A stretch of 63,970 nucleotides of DNA, counting the filler, from Reclinomonas americana ATCC 50394 (Eukaryota), in NCBI GenBank assembly GCA_048213135.1. It is 15 parts of 15 records of this genome, joined end to end, with 100 filler letters (N's around TTAATTAATTAA, not from the genome) between each part and the next. Parts side by side here need not be neighbours in the genome. Positions count along the whole stretch, not along the records: positions 8,940 to 25,164 come from AFZH01023399.1; 14 more parts are not named here. One strand, given 5' to 3'. This document shows, piece by piece, positions 10,748 to 23,275 of this stretch. The notes under the pieces were generated by a model. That model did not search any database. It saw only the letters and a program-made list of their open reading frames with translations, and had not been told where the DNA came from. The position numbers were made by a program, and so were the translations under genes. Within the stretch, counting starts at the first letter, position 1, and the number at the start of each line of letters is the position of its first letter.

Positions 10748-12428
10748 TTACGCATCCACCGGCAGGCCAAGACGCTTGCGGATCCACGAGCATTGCTCAC
10801 GGAGCGCACTCTCGGCCTCCGGGAACTTGCCGACCCACATGTGGAAGCAGTGGAACAAGCCGCCGTACACCTTCAGCGTCGAGTCAATGCCCGTCTCCAG
10901 CGCCTTGCGGTGCAGCAGCGTGGAGTCGTCCAGCAGGATTTCGTGATCGCCGGCGTGGATCAGCATGGCAGGGAAGTGCTCGATTGAGCCATACAGCGGC
11001 GAGTAACGCGGGTTCTTGATATCGGGGTCACCGCCGGTCCAGTCGCTCCAGTCCATCTCGATATCTTCGGGGAAAATCGGGTCGATGCCGTAGCGCGAGG
11101 TGCGGCTTTCGAGATCACGCGAAAAGTCCATCCACGGCGACATGAGAGCCAGCCCGTTCGGCATCAGCATCGAAGGCTCCGCACCGCGACGCAGGCAGTC
11201 GTCGCGCAATGCTGCACACAAGTGCAGTGACAACTGCGCACCAGCCGAGTCACCTGCGAGGTGCAACAAAGGGTGAGGGCCATGACGAGACGACGAGTCC
11301 ATTCAATGAAGGACGACTCACCAGCATACACCAAATTGGATGGCGAGAAGCCAAAGTGTTGCACCAGGTACTTGTGCACGTGCAGGATGTAACTGGCAAT
11401 CTCCGGCAGCGTGTGCTCCGGCACCAACGGGTACTCGACCGAGAACACTCTGAGGCGACTGAGAATAGCCAGGCTGGTGGACAGGTGGCGGTAAATGTCG
11501 GTGTGGCCTGTGCGTGAGGGAGAGCAAAGGTGAGACGAACAAGGCGCAGCGACAAGAAGTGACCACGATCCTCCTCTCACACTAACCGACAGTGTAGGCA
11601 CCACCATGGCAAAACACAATAATCTTGTCGGGATCGTCGACAACATCGGGCGTCACAAACTCGCCAATCGGCGTCGCCGGGAAGTCGGCCTCGTCGTCCT
11701 CATTAAACTCGAGCACGCGAGCCGGGCGCACTGGCGGCGGTGGACCCTCGTGCGGCGGCAGCGGCAAGAAGCGCCACTTGACCGAAACCTTTTCAAAAGC
11801 GCACGGTCCCAGAGGAGTGGTGCCGAAGAATCCAGTGGCGCGATCAAAGCGATGCCGACGAGCCAAGTGATCGTTCGGATGCTCCGGATCTGCAACGAGC
11901 TCAAAATATAAGCCACCAAACAACGGTGAGAGTACGTGGCGACCGGCAGGCGCAACTGGAGCCGAATCTCCTCAGCATGCGCACAGCGGCACGTGCATCC
12001 CGCGACAGCGGCGTCAACACCATGGTGGAGTGCGGCCCATACAGACCTTCCACCTCTGCAACACAAAAAGAGGGGCAATATGAGAGAATGCTCATGCCAC
12101 CGCCACCACGACAGCACCCAGCACGCCTCTCACCGTGCACCGGCACCGGCTTTTCCTGCTGGTGCAACGCACGCTCATGCGGGTGGTGGTGCTCAAAAAG
12201 AAGCTGCTGCTGCCGCTGCTGTTGTTGTTGTTGCTGCTGCTGTTGCTGCTGCTGCTGTTGCTGTCGCCGCTGATGCTCCAAGATCAGATCGCGCAAGTGC
12301 TTGTGCGTCGGGTGCTCCACCACCTGCTCCAACGAGGCCTCCATGACACTGCTCGCAGGCTCCTCCGCCTCCGCCTCCGCCGGAGCAGCCGCCGCCGCCA
12401 CACCCTCCCCATGATGCTCATCCTCCAT
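10748..12428 (-). CDS. Alpha/beta hydrolase, hormone-sensitive-lipase family, N-terminal polyQ, multi-exon
   Basis: FCHGGAY, VEYPLVPEH, GDSAG, SPWMD, EILLDDS and FHCF motifs. Confidence 0.9.
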
Positions 12429-12853
12429 CCACACATGCACCTGGAACACGGCACGCGCACCAAGTCCCCACAGCTTGCGCTTGATCAGTCGCCACCTACG
12501 ATCGACATTGCGAGAGAGAGAGAGTCAGTAATTCCGCAACGTGCGAGTCAGTGCGCGAACGATTTGCACGATTGCTGACGTCGTCGCCGACTCACAAAAA
12601 ACAACACACAAAGCATGCACGCATGGAAAAGAGTAGCAGAGAAACAGAGAGAAGGGAGAGCCAAAGAGCGTGTGTGCGCACACGTTTCGAACACAATCAA
12701 AGATGCAGAGATGCACGTCGACACCCAAGTGACCCACACCTGTCGCGCTCTCACAAACGCACTCACTTGCTCACGTACACGCAACACACTATATATCACT
12801 CCTATCTCTCCCTGTGCGTGTCTCTGTCTGCCTCACTGCAGTCAATCCACCAC

Positions 12854-13207
12854 TACTTGGTGACTGATGCAGCTGCTCGTTCACGCACACAACAACACTC
12901 ACCCATCATCTGTGACAGCGTAGGCGGTTGCCGCGGCCGCGCCAACCGCCATGGCGCCCACTCCAATCCACTTGAGCACCGAGGTCACTGATGATGAAGA
13001 GGCCGCTGAGGAGCCCGAGGATGCAGACGACGACGAGGGCGACTCGGCATCAGAGGCGTAGCGCAGATCATCGTCGTCATCAGAGTCGGCGCTGACTGCC
13101 ATCATGCGCGAGTCACCGTCGCTGTCGTCGTGCAGTTGAGAGGCGGAGTCAAGGTCGTCGTCGAGGTCGGAGCTGCTGTGCTCGTGCGCCATGAGCACGT
13201 CAGTCAT
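12854..13207 (-). CDS. Small acidic Ser/Asp-rich protein with C-terminal hydrophobic segment (hypothetical)
   Basis: ORF MTDVLM...KWIGVGAMAVGAAAATAYAV followed by a GTGAGT donor and a probable short last exon. Confidence 0.4.
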
Positions 13208-13826
13208 CTCGTCGTGCGCAGGGGGGATGTGTGGGAGTGAGTGTGTGTTTGTGTGCGAGAGCGAGGGTGCGTGTGAGGTCTGCGTTTGTGTTGTCGAAGA
13301 GAGTGAGAGCCGCCGCCAGATTTAGCTGACAATTTTCGACAGGAGTCTTGTTGTCCAACTTTGTGGCTGCTGCTTTGGGAGCTCTCATGGCCGGGGGTGC
13401 GCGGCGCTGCAGTACATGTGGTGCTGATGCTGTTTGTTGTCGTGGCGTGGTGCATGGCGATCAGTTGCAATTGCACAATCCGTTGCAAGTGTCGACGTTC
13501 GTGGCGCGTGCGTGCGTGCAGCTTGGCAACTGACGCGTGGGACCAGTGCACAAGCTGGCCTTATGCGTGAGAGACTTCAGCAGCATGTAGCGAGATCAGC
13601 AGGTCTGGGGGAACGCTGCAAGTGAGTCGACGTCGCAGTGAGTTTGCAATTGCAGGAAGCGTGCTCGGCGTGCCTGAGAGGGTGCAGCTGCATAATGTCG
13701 CGCACGTGTCTGCCAACAAAGACGCCTTGCGCAACAAGAAACAGAAACGTTCATCATCATCCGTGTCCTGCGACGTGATCACTCACTGTTTCCGCGATCG
13801 TTTCCGCTTTGCAACGAGCTCCCGCA

Positions 13827-14663
13827 ATGGCACGACGCATTCGAGTAGGCGAGGAGAACCTCATCGGCATCATCGGCGACGAGGTGAGAGACAGCGATTT
13901 CCTTGAGTGCGACAGTCGAACATTGCCACTTTTGCACACTCACTCACTCTGTGCTTCGCACGAAAGGACACGTGCACGGGCTTCCTGCTGGCGGGTGCGG
14001 GCAACGTCGACGCGCGTCGGAAGCGCAACTTCTTTGTGGTAGAACGCGGTGAGTGTGTGAGGAAAGAGAGAGAGTGTGTGTGTGAGGAACGATGACTGAT
14101 GCTCGTGTGTGTGTGAATAGATACGCCTGTGGGCGACATTGAGGAGGCATTCAAGGTGTGCACTTGAGAGAGAGAGGGGGGGGGCTGTGGTGATGGTTGA
14201 TCCTCATTGTGTGTGTGTGTGTGTGTGTGTGTTGCACACAGGATCTGACCACACGGCCCGACATTGCAGTCGTCGTCGTCAGTCAGCATGTTGCGTGTGT
14301 GTGGGTGGTGGACGAGTGAGAAGAGTCATTACACTCGCGTTCTCTGCGCGTGCTCACTCAGTTGTTGCGTTGTAGGTCGCTGAGACCATTCGCTACCTGA
14401 TCACCGAGTACGAGTTGCGTTGCTTTTTCAACACTCCTCCTCCTGCCTTCATCACCATCGCTGACTTCCTCTCTTCGTCACAGTGCACTGAGTGCGTTTT
14501 TTTCACGAAGTCGCGCTTTGCCTGCATCCCACTGCTATTCTCACTCGCCTCCCCCCGCACAGTTCCCACGGTGCTGGAGATCCCCAGCAAGGAGGCACCG
14601 TACGATCCCAACAAGGACAGCATCATGAAGCGTGTGCAGGTGCTGCTCGGCTTCAGCCAGTAA
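13827..14663 (+). CDS. ATP6V1F: V-type H+-ATPase subunit F, 7 exons including an 8-nt micro-exon
   Basis: LIGIIGDE|DTCTGFLLAGAG...NFFVV...PTVLEIPSKEAPYDPNKDSI. Confidence 0.95.
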
Positions 14664-14847
14664 GCACTGAGACAGAAGACGCCGCAGCTTTTTATACAAC
14701 TCAATGTACTCCGTCGCGAGGTTGCGCACATAAGAATAGAAACTTCACTGATCCATACACAACATGAGCAACCAGTGATCGCCAACACGTCTCGACTGTC
14801 TGTGAAGGCGGTCCTGCTTGCGGGTTCGGTTTCATTTGCATTATTAC

Positions 14848-15812
14848 ATGAGCACAGTGCGGATTGTGGAGGTGGTGGACGAGCGCCCAGAGGATCTGGC
14901 CAAGGCGGTGGCCTTGTTCAAGGCAAGCCTCTGCCTGTCTTCACATACACAGTATCAATGCAGAGCTCACACGGGATGCGCAGGAGTTCCTCGACACACT
15001 CAACTTCTCCGTCGACTTTCAGCACCCCGACGAGGAGCTCACCAACCCACCAGGTGAGGTGTACACACAGCATGCGCGTACAGGAGCCGCATCGCATGAT
15101 CACTCACATGCGCATCATCCATCATCATCATGCTCAGCTTGTTACGCGCAACCTCGAGGCGGCATTTGGCTCGCCTACTTGTCGGAGGAAGGCGACGAGG
15201 CGGCTGAGCCCGTGGGCGTGGTCGCACTCAAGCCCATCTGCGATGTGCCATACGTGCCCGGCGAATCGAGACCAGAATTGTTGCGCGAACGCTTGAGCGA
15301 GAGTCCACTGCAGTGTGAGCTGACTCTGTGCGTGCCCGGGCAGCACGTTGGCCGATCGCCAGACAACAACCATGTGCGAGGTGAAGCGGCTGTACACGTC
15401 GCCGAGGGCGCGTGGCCGCGGCGCCGGCAAGTTGCTGACCAAGGCGGTTCGGAGCTGTCTCCGCGCGTGACTGCTCACTCGCTGCTGCGCGTTTTAACAT
15501 GTGGCATGCGCAGGCGGTGGACGGCGCACGTGCACGAGGCTTCAAGACCGTCGTTGCGTTGTACTCCGCGCGCGTGATCGTGGAGCCACCTGCGAAGCTC
15601 ACAACACGCTATTGCAAGCGCAGGTGCTCGACACGTGCGATTACTTCCTCCCGGCCATCGCTATTTACGAGCAACTCGGGTTCAAGCAGTGTGCACCGTT
15701 GCGTGTCGTCCTCGCCAGTGGAGCGACGCACCTCGGAGACTCATCGCTGTGCAGGTACTACGAGAACCCGCTGTCGGGAGTCTTGTACTACTCACTGCCG
15801 CTGGACGAGTGA
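14848..15812 (+). CDS. GNAT family N-acetyltransferase, multi-exon
   Basis: Spliced product ALFK|EFLDTLNFSVDFQHPDEEL...CEVKRLYTSPRARGRGAGKLL...VLDT..AIAIYEQLGF...YYENP. Confidence 0.85.
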
Positions 15813-15958
15813 AGGCGGGTTGAATAGATCTAGAATAGAATGAAGCAATGCCATGTACTACGCAAGGCAAGCATGCTGTGCACAGCGCTCTAAACCGCTT
15901 CCGACGAAGCATTGCGTCACGGTCCTGCAATTCTCATTCGTTTTCTTCCTTCCGCACA

Positions 15959-17194
15959 ATGAGCTCTCGTGATCGCACACTCGTCCTCTTCGACGTCGAC
16001 GGCACACTGACTCGCCCTCGTCTGGTTCGCTCCCTGCGCTCTTCTGTCAGTGTGTGTGTGTGAGCAGGCACACCATGTCTCACATCGTCTCCTTCTCCCT
16101 ACTCCCTCCTTCTCTCTCTCTTTCTCCCACGCAGCGAGTGGAGAGCAACATGTTGGAGACACTGGCCAAACTGCGCGAGGTGGCCACCATTGCCATTGTC
16201 GGTGGCTCCGACTTTGTCAAGCAGGTCGAGCAACTCGGCGACGACTGTTGCGCTCTCTCACTCTCCTCTTGTCTGTGTGTGATCGCTCTCTGTGACTGCC
16301 GGTCGCGCAGTGCTCGAGCGCTTCGACTTTGTCTTCTCAGAGAATGGACTGGTGGCGTACGAGAGCGGTCGTCTGCTGGCCAAGGAGGTGTGCGCGAGGA
16401 GGCAGCAGATATCGACAGCGCGCGCGATGAGTGAGTGACACGTGTTGGCGCAGAGCCTCAAGAGCTTCCTGGGCGAGGAGAAGATCAAGGAGTTTGTCAA
16501 CTTTTGCTTGCACTACATTGCCGATCTCGACATTCCCGTCAAGCGGTGGGTGCATCGCAGCCGACGACATACCCTCCATACACTCTCTCTCACTCTCCTC
16601 GTTCAGTGGCACCTTTGTGGAGTTCCGCAACGGCATGATCAACGTGTCGCCGATTGGTCGCAACTGCGACCAGGCGGAGCGTGAGGCGTTCAACGCCTAC
16701 GATGATGTTTCGTGCTGCTGCTGCTGCTTGTCGACGGCGTCGTGCGCATGCTGATGTTGGAGCGCAGGAGCACAAGATCCGCGAGTCGTTTGTCAAGGCG
16801 CTGCAGGAGCGCTTCCGTGAGTACAATCTGCGCTTCTCCATCGGTGGCCAGATCAGGTTAGAAAGGACTGGGTGCGACCCAATTGATCGTGTTGTCGCTC
16901 TCCCCTTACACCTCCCTCTCAGTTTCGATGTGTTCCCGGAGGGCTGGGATAAGACCTACTGCCTGCGACATGTGGCAGGTCGTGGGTTCGAGCACATTCA
17001 CTTTTTCGGCGACAAGACATCGCCGGTGCGTTGGGTGTGTGCGAAGGATGAGGTTCCACTTGTCTCTCACGTGTCTGCAGGGCGGCAACGACTACGAGAT
17101 CTACGAGGATTCGCGAACGATCGGGCACTCTGTGGCGAGTCCCGACGACACCATTCGCATTTTGAACGAGCTGTTTCTGCGCGGTAGCGAGTGA
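15959..17194 (+). CDS. PMM: Eukaryotic phosphomannomutase (HAD), 8 exons
   Basis: [55 protein letters not shown] and FFGDKT.GGND motifs. Confidence 0.97.
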
Positions 17195-17819
17195 GCCGAG
17201 GCGAGAACGAGTAGAAAATGTTGTGAGTGGTGCACCGACAAGTACACACCATCCGTGGCATGCAGAGACGGGGAGGTGGAGTGGGCGGAAACAGAGCGGA
17301 ACACATGATTCGCAACGAGGGCACGAGAAGTGCTTGACTCGCAGCCATCGCACCTCCATTATCGTTGTTCCATCATTGACCACAGCATGCTCAATGTTCC
17401 ATCGGCCAGCGCCCACAACCCCAACAGTCGCAACAGGCGTCGCAGGTAGAATCGCCAGTGTTCGATCTGTGTGAGAAGGAGAGTGAGCGACGACAAGAAA
17501 TCACCTCTCGCTGCATTCCCACAGCAAACCAGAGCCGGCGGTCTCAATAGCACTCGCGCCTCCATCACAAACACCGCAGCACACGCCGCCCGCACCACAC
17601 TTCTCACCAAGGCGATCGCGTCGCTGTGCATGCAACGAACTGTGAGACTTGCACACAGACTCAGCAGAGAACAACAAGCACACCGTCGCGTCATGTGTTT
17701 CTTCTCTGCGGGGGCAGGTGGAGCAGGTGGCGAGGAGACATCACGCAGGATGCTGTCAACGAGCAGCTCTTGCTCACTGGCACTCATACAGCAACCGGAC
17801 GGACAGGAGGCGACGACGT

Positions 17820-18938
17820 TCATTTCCTGGCTCGCGCAGCTGGTCTTCCACCAAACGTGCGGGTGGCGGCCTCCGTCTTTTGCGATCCAGAGGGCACTGC
17901 CGACTTGTTCTCCTTCTCAACTTGTCCGTCACTCTCTTCTTCTTCGTCTTCTTCTTCTGCCAGCGATCGACGGTCTTTGAATTCTTCCTCGGTTGCGCCG
18001 AGTCGAATGTCGGCCTCGATGAGCTTCAATGCAAGCTCCTCAGAGGAGAGGACGTCGGCGGTACCGGTCTGATTGGTGGCACCGGCCGTCGTGGTCTTCA
18101 GCACGCCTGCGACGACTGGGTGAGTGGCAAGTGCGAAAAAAAACGCACAGGGTGGGCGTACCGAGATTCTGCTGCATGGCGGCTGCGTACACGCGGTCCA
18201 GCATGGTAACGTCTTCGATTGCTCGTTTGGCGTTGGATTCGGGCTGAATCCCTGGAATGAGAGGGCAAGGGAGAGTCCATGAGTTGAAGAAAGGAGATGC
18301 AGAGGGAACAGGAAAAGGAGGAAGAAGAGGGGGAGATGGAGGAAGAGGAGGCGGCGAGAAGAAGAGAGAGAGACAGAGAGATGGCTACAAGGTCAGAGGA
18401 GGGGTGAGTGGGAGAAGACAGACAACGAGTTGCTTTGAGGAGAAAACTGAGCACTTCCATTGCAATGCAGCTTCCCGTAACAAGAGAAGGAAGATGATCC
18501 AGCGCCTTCTCTCTCTTTCTCTTTCGGCGAGACTCACCCCACTGTCCCATATCGGCATCGGTGGGCAGACCCGCACGTTCCAACAGCCACTGCAGGCGGC
18601 GATACGAGTCGCTGAAGGCCCGACCGCAGCCCTCCAGCTGTGCTCGCTTGCGAGTGGCGATGCGCTCGCACGTCTCCTGCACCGTGGGGAGGGTTTCCTG
18701 CAGGCGGCGCACGCGTGACAGCAACTGGATCGGGTCGACCTGAGAGAGTCAAAGGAGCAGCGTGCGCATGGGTGAGAGAGAGAGAGCGACGGGCGAGACA
18801 AGTGGAAGACTCAACTGAGGCAGAATACTTGCGTGCGAACTCTGCCTCGAGTGCGTGCTGCACTGCGTCGAGATCACTCTTGGCCTTTTGCAAATGGATC
18901 TCCACGGCGCGCACCGCAGCGTCCAGTGAAGTCGCCAT
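17820..18938 (-). CDS. SKA2: Spindle and kinetochore-associated protein 2-like (3' end uncertain)
   Basis: AVEIHLQKAKSDLDAVQHALEAEF...VDPIQLLSRVRRLQ matches the Ska2 N-terminal pattern (KA.SDL..VQ..LE.EF...NP..LL.R). Confidence 0.65.
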
Positions 18939-19060
18939 TTCTCTCTTCTCTTCAATGAAGAAAGTAACGGTCAGTCCGGAAATTGACAAAGTGCGAGAGA
19001 ATTCGAAGACAACGGAGAAAGAGAGTAACGCGGTGCATGTAGCACTGACTGCCACCTTCT

Positions 19061-19095
<35 letters not shown>

Positions 19096-19147
19096 CGCTC
19101 GCTCCTCTTTCTCCGTTCTCTCTCTCACATTCTGCGATGCGCGCAAC

Positions 19148-19275
19148 TCGTCATTGATGAGATGGGTGACTGCCGCTCCATACGTGATGACATGCACCTC
19201 GGCGGAGCCGGCACTGTTGCGCAGAACGAGCTTCTCGGCGCCTTGCGACCCGAATGCCTCGCGCGTCACACTCAT
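19148..19275 (-). pseudogene. Duplicated exon 1 of aldose 1-epimerase
   Basis: MSVTREAFGSQGAEKLVLRNSAGSAEVHVITYGAAVTHLIND, then the GTTGCG donor; no further GALM exons follow. Confidence 0.8.
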
Positions 19276-19573
19276 CGCAAGAGATCGAGAGAGAGAGAGA
19301 TCGACCGCGGCAGATATCGAGTGGGGACAGTCGGATGGTCCTGCTGTTGCTGACTCCCGGCGAGTGGCTGCTTGCAGAGCACACACAGTGATTCTGCAAG
19401 TTTGCTTGCTGATTGATGTGTTCGGATTTCTCTCAGTCGACGGAACACCCACGAAGCGCACAGCACACACGCAACAAGCGAACAAAGCTCCGTGGTGGTG
19501 GGTGGAGGAGCGGTGGGTGCTATACTCACTCAATCACATTGTACAAAAAAAGGGAAGAAAAGAAAAAAGAAAG

Positions 19574-19646
19574 CGGTACCGCCTGGGATCGAACCAGGGA
19601 CCTTGCGGTTAACAGCCGCACGCTCTACCGACTGAGCCACGGAACC
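19574..19646 (-). tRNA. tRNA-Asn(GTT)
   Basis: Full cloverleaf; T-rich terminator. Confidence 0.95.
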
Positions 19647-19878
19647 AGCACATCTACGGAGAGGACCCAAATGGCCGCTGCTATTACCCTGCTGGAAAGA
19701 GGCTTTGTTGGATTGGATATCGACAATTGCAAATGAGGTTTAACTTTTCGTGCACCAGCCACCACATGAAGCCACAGCACTCGCAATCGCATGCAGTGCA
19801 GACGCCGACGGAGAGAACAAAGCCTCTTTCCAGCAGGGTCACAGCAGCGGCCATTTGGGTCCACTTCGTACATGTGCT

Positions 19879-19951
19879 GGTTCCGTGGCTCAGTCGGTAG
19901 AGCGTGCGGCTGTTAACCGCAAGGTCCCTGGTTCGATCCCAGGCGGTACCG
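19879..19951 (+). tRNA. tRNA-Asn(GTT)
   Basis: GGTTCCG..TGCGG-CTGTTAA-CCGCA..TTCGATC..CGGTACC, followed by T-runs. Confidence 0.95.
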
Positions 19952-20227
19952 CTTTCTTTTTTCTTTTTTACCTTTTTTTGTACAGTATGTGATAGGGTGA
20001 GTATGTAGCACCCACCGCTCCTCCACCCTCGCTTGTTGCGTGAGTGCTTTGTTGTTGTTGTTGTTGTTCAGTCGATTGAGAGAAATCCGACAACCAGCAA
20101 GCAAACTTGCAGAATCACTGTGTGCTCTGCAGGCAGCCACTCACCGGGAGTCAGCACTGCCCCACTTGATATCTGCCGTGGTCGATCTCTCTCTCTCTCT
20201 CCCCTCTCTCTCTCTCTTTCTCTTGCG

Positions 20228-21884
20228 ATGAGTGTGACGCGTGAGGCATTCGGGTCGCAAGGCGCCGAGAAGCTCGTTCTGCGCAACAGTGCTGGCTCCG
20301 CCGAGGTGCATGTCATCACGTATGGAGCGACAGTCACCCATCTCATCGTCAATGACGAGTTGCGCGCATCGCAGAATGCGAGAGAGGGGCGAAGCGAGAG
20401 AGACAGAAGCAGGGGAAAAGAGGAGCGAGGCACTTAGAGAAGGGAAGGTGGCAGTCAGTGCTGCATGCACACGCACTCTCTCTCACACATGTTCATCTCT
20501 TGCTCCCAGTGAGGGCGAGAAGCGCGCGGATGTTGTACTTGGTTTCGACGACTTTGAAGGCGTCACCAGCGGTGAGAACCGGTACTTTGGAGTGACGTGC
20601 GGTCGATGTGCCAACCGCATTGCGCGTGCACGTTTTGCTCTCGATGGCGTCGAATATCAGCTGGCAGCAAACTTGGCCGGCAATGCTCTGCACGGCGGTG
20701 TCGAGGGCTTTGATAAGAAGCTGTGGTCGGTGGTGGATGTTGCGCAGGGCGACGAGCCCAGCGTCACTCTTGAGTATGTGTCTCCGGACGGCGAGGAGGG
20801 CTATCCGGTGAGTGGAGGGCGACAGCTTTTTCCTTACTCCTCCTCCTCCTCCTTCTCTCTTCTTGGTTTCCTCGGACTGCGTTCTTTGGGTGTTCTCACA
20901 CTCGCACAGGGCGATCTGCAAACGCGCGTTACGTACACGCTGACGAACGAGCGGGCATTGCGTATCGATATGGAGGCGGTGACGAGTCGAGCCACGGTTG
21001 TCAACCTCACCAACCACTCGTATTTCAACTTGTCGGGCCTGGAGGACGCCACAGTGCATCAGCATGTGGTCAGCATCAACGCCGACGCCTTTGTGCAGGT
21101 GGACGAGAATTTGATTCCCACTGGCGAGTTGGCGTCGGTGGAGATGTTCCCGGCCATGGATTTCCGTCGACCAAAGAAGATTGGGCAGGTTTGGCGGCGC
21201 TGAAAGAGAGAGTGTATGTGAGAGAGAGAGGGGCAGTGGGAGGCTGCAGCTCACTGTGTGTGGCCATACAGGATCTCGACTCGGTTCCACCTCGCGGGTA
21301 CGACCACTGCTACGCGCTCGATGCTCACGAGTTGGACGACGCTGTCGTGCAAGTGACGCACCCTGTCACGGGCATCGTCATGCGGATGTACACCAATCAG
21401 CCAGGCGTGCAGTTTTACACCGGCAATTTTCTAGGTGGTGGTGCACCGGCGAAGAGCACGCAGGCGGAGGGTGCCACGTATGGAGTTTCGTGTTTGACGT
21501 GCTTCGTCTTGTGTGTTCTTCTTTGTGATTCTGTTGTTGCCCAATAAGTGTCAGCTCTCCTGCTTCCGTGTTTCTGGGTTTCGTCTCTCTCTCTCTCTCT
21601 CTCTCTTTGCTGTTGTCCACGGTTCGTGGAGCGTCTTCATCCACGCCCCCTTCTTGTCTCTGCCGTTGATCTTCTCAAATCCGTCCTATCCACTTCCTTC
21701 ACCTTGCCAACCCGCCCTGCTTTGCATTCTCATTTCTCCTGTCGTGCAGCCACACAGCGGATTCTGCCTCGAAGCTCAAATGTTCCCCGACGCCATCAAC
21801 CAACCAAATTTTGCGTCGCCCGTGTTGCGACCGGGCGAGACGTACCGGCACACAACCATCTACGCGTTCGACCTGATCGACTGA
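20228..21884 (+). CDS. GALM: Aldose 1-epimerase (galactose mutarotase), 5 exons
   Basis: DVVLGFD, GRCANRI, LHGG, EEGYPG, NLTNHSYFNL, GYDHCY, QPGVQFYTGN and FCLEAQ.FPDAINQP motifs. Confidence 0.97.
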
Positions 21885-21998
21885 AGCAGCGTGTGCAGTC
21901 TGTGAAATTCTTTTTGCGTGCACAGTCGACGGTGTACACTCTTCTTGTTGTCATTGATGCTCGTCGATGGATGATGAATCACATACACGTGCCGCGTC

Positions 21999-23075
21999 TC
22001 ACTTGCCGCCCGACAGCTTGGCGTACAGGTGTGGCACATAGTCGTCCCACTCGGCCTGGAAGAAGTTGATGCCGACCGGCTTGAGGTTGTAGGTGCTCAT
22101 GATCTCGCGTGTTGACTGCTTGCCGCGACCCTCGCCCGTCAGCGGCAGCCGCTCACGGCCGTCGAACTCATCGTAGCCGTTGAGTTGCTCGAACACAATG
22201 ACCACGTAGCGATGCAGACCTGGAGGTGGCGGTGTGTAGTAGTTGGAGGCAAGAAAGCAGGCGCAGATTCGGAATGGAGAGGAGAGAAACAGCACCTGTG
22301 CCCTTGGGCGGACCGGAGCCCACATATTCGCTGATCACCTCGCCATCCTGTGCTGACTGCAGTGAGCCGGGGCGCGCACTCATCCCGAGTTTCAAAGCAC
22401 AGAGATGCAACTTCGACAGAGTGGCCCTCTCGCACGTTACCGACCCACCTGCAGATGCACACAACTCAGCGAATTGTCACGACAACTGCATGCATCCTCC
22501 TCTCTCACCAGTGATGCCACTCGCGGAACTGCATTCACATAGCGCAGAGAGTTAGCTATCAACCAGAAGAGACTCTCATGCACACACAAGCAGCGCAAGG
22601 CGACCTTGGGATCGCGGCGAGAAGGTGCGTCAGGATCCGTCATGTAGACACTGAGGAATCTCGGGTACCATGAGTGACCAGCCACACACGTACACGCACA
22701 CACAAGCTACACGTAGAGCACGTGCCTGTAGACCTTGCCATGCTCACCAGCAAAGGTGACCTGCGGAAGAGTGATCATTTGACGTCAGCGAGCGTGCAGA
22801 CAACACACACTGTGATCATGAGAGGGAATCGAAGCGACGCAACATGCGGAACGTGCTGCACTTGCGTCGGAGTCAGTGTGTTGCCGAGGTGCGCACTCAC
22901 ACCGTGGCCCCAAGACACCTACACCGGCACTGAGCGATCGCAGCTCACCGTGGTCTTCTCCACTCTCACGCTCACTCACGTTGACACCTGTGGTGGGCTC
23001 GAACGGATCAAGCACATCGATCAGCTCGTGCTCGTCGAAAGCACGCTGCACAACGTCGGCGTGGAACGATGACAT
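21999..23075 (-). CDS. Phosphatidylethanolamine-binding protein (PEBP/RKIP family), 8 exons
   Basis: GNTLTPTQV, MTDPDAPS, FREWHHW, YVGSGPPKGTGLHRYV and NFFQAEWDDYV motifs. Confidence 0.95.
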
Positions 23076-23155
23076 TCGTTGCGATCCACTTGGAAATTTT
23101 GTTGCAATCTCCGGTTTTTTCAAGCCCCCCCGTGCACTCTTTCCCTTAAGTAGTC

Positions 23156-23275
23156 GCATACGGCCACATGACGCGGAAAACACCACATCCCGTCCGATCT
23201 GTGAAGTTAAGCCGCGTTCAGCTGGGTCAGTACTAGGGTGGGGGACCACTTGGGAAGCCCCAGTGCTTGTATGCT
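23156..23275 (+). rRNA. 5S rRNA, single dispersed copy
   Basis: GCATAC...GTATGC terminal stem; CCCGTCCGATCT..GAAGTTAAG and AGTACTAGGGTGGGGGACCACTTGGGAA conserved blocks; T-runs after. Confidence 0.95.

Larger units (their letters stand above)
19033..20470. repeat. Imperfect inverted duplication (arms ~19033-19709 and ~19816-20470, ~105 bp spacer)
   Basis: Arms are reverse complements; each has tRNA-Asn, upstream region and exon 1 of aldose 1-epimerase. Confidence 0.95.

Noticed and set aside
13827..23075. Possible stop-codon reassignment or frameshifting, since conserved genes look fragmented
   Set aside because: All breaks are explained by short GT/GC-AG introns; TAA and TGA end genes normally.
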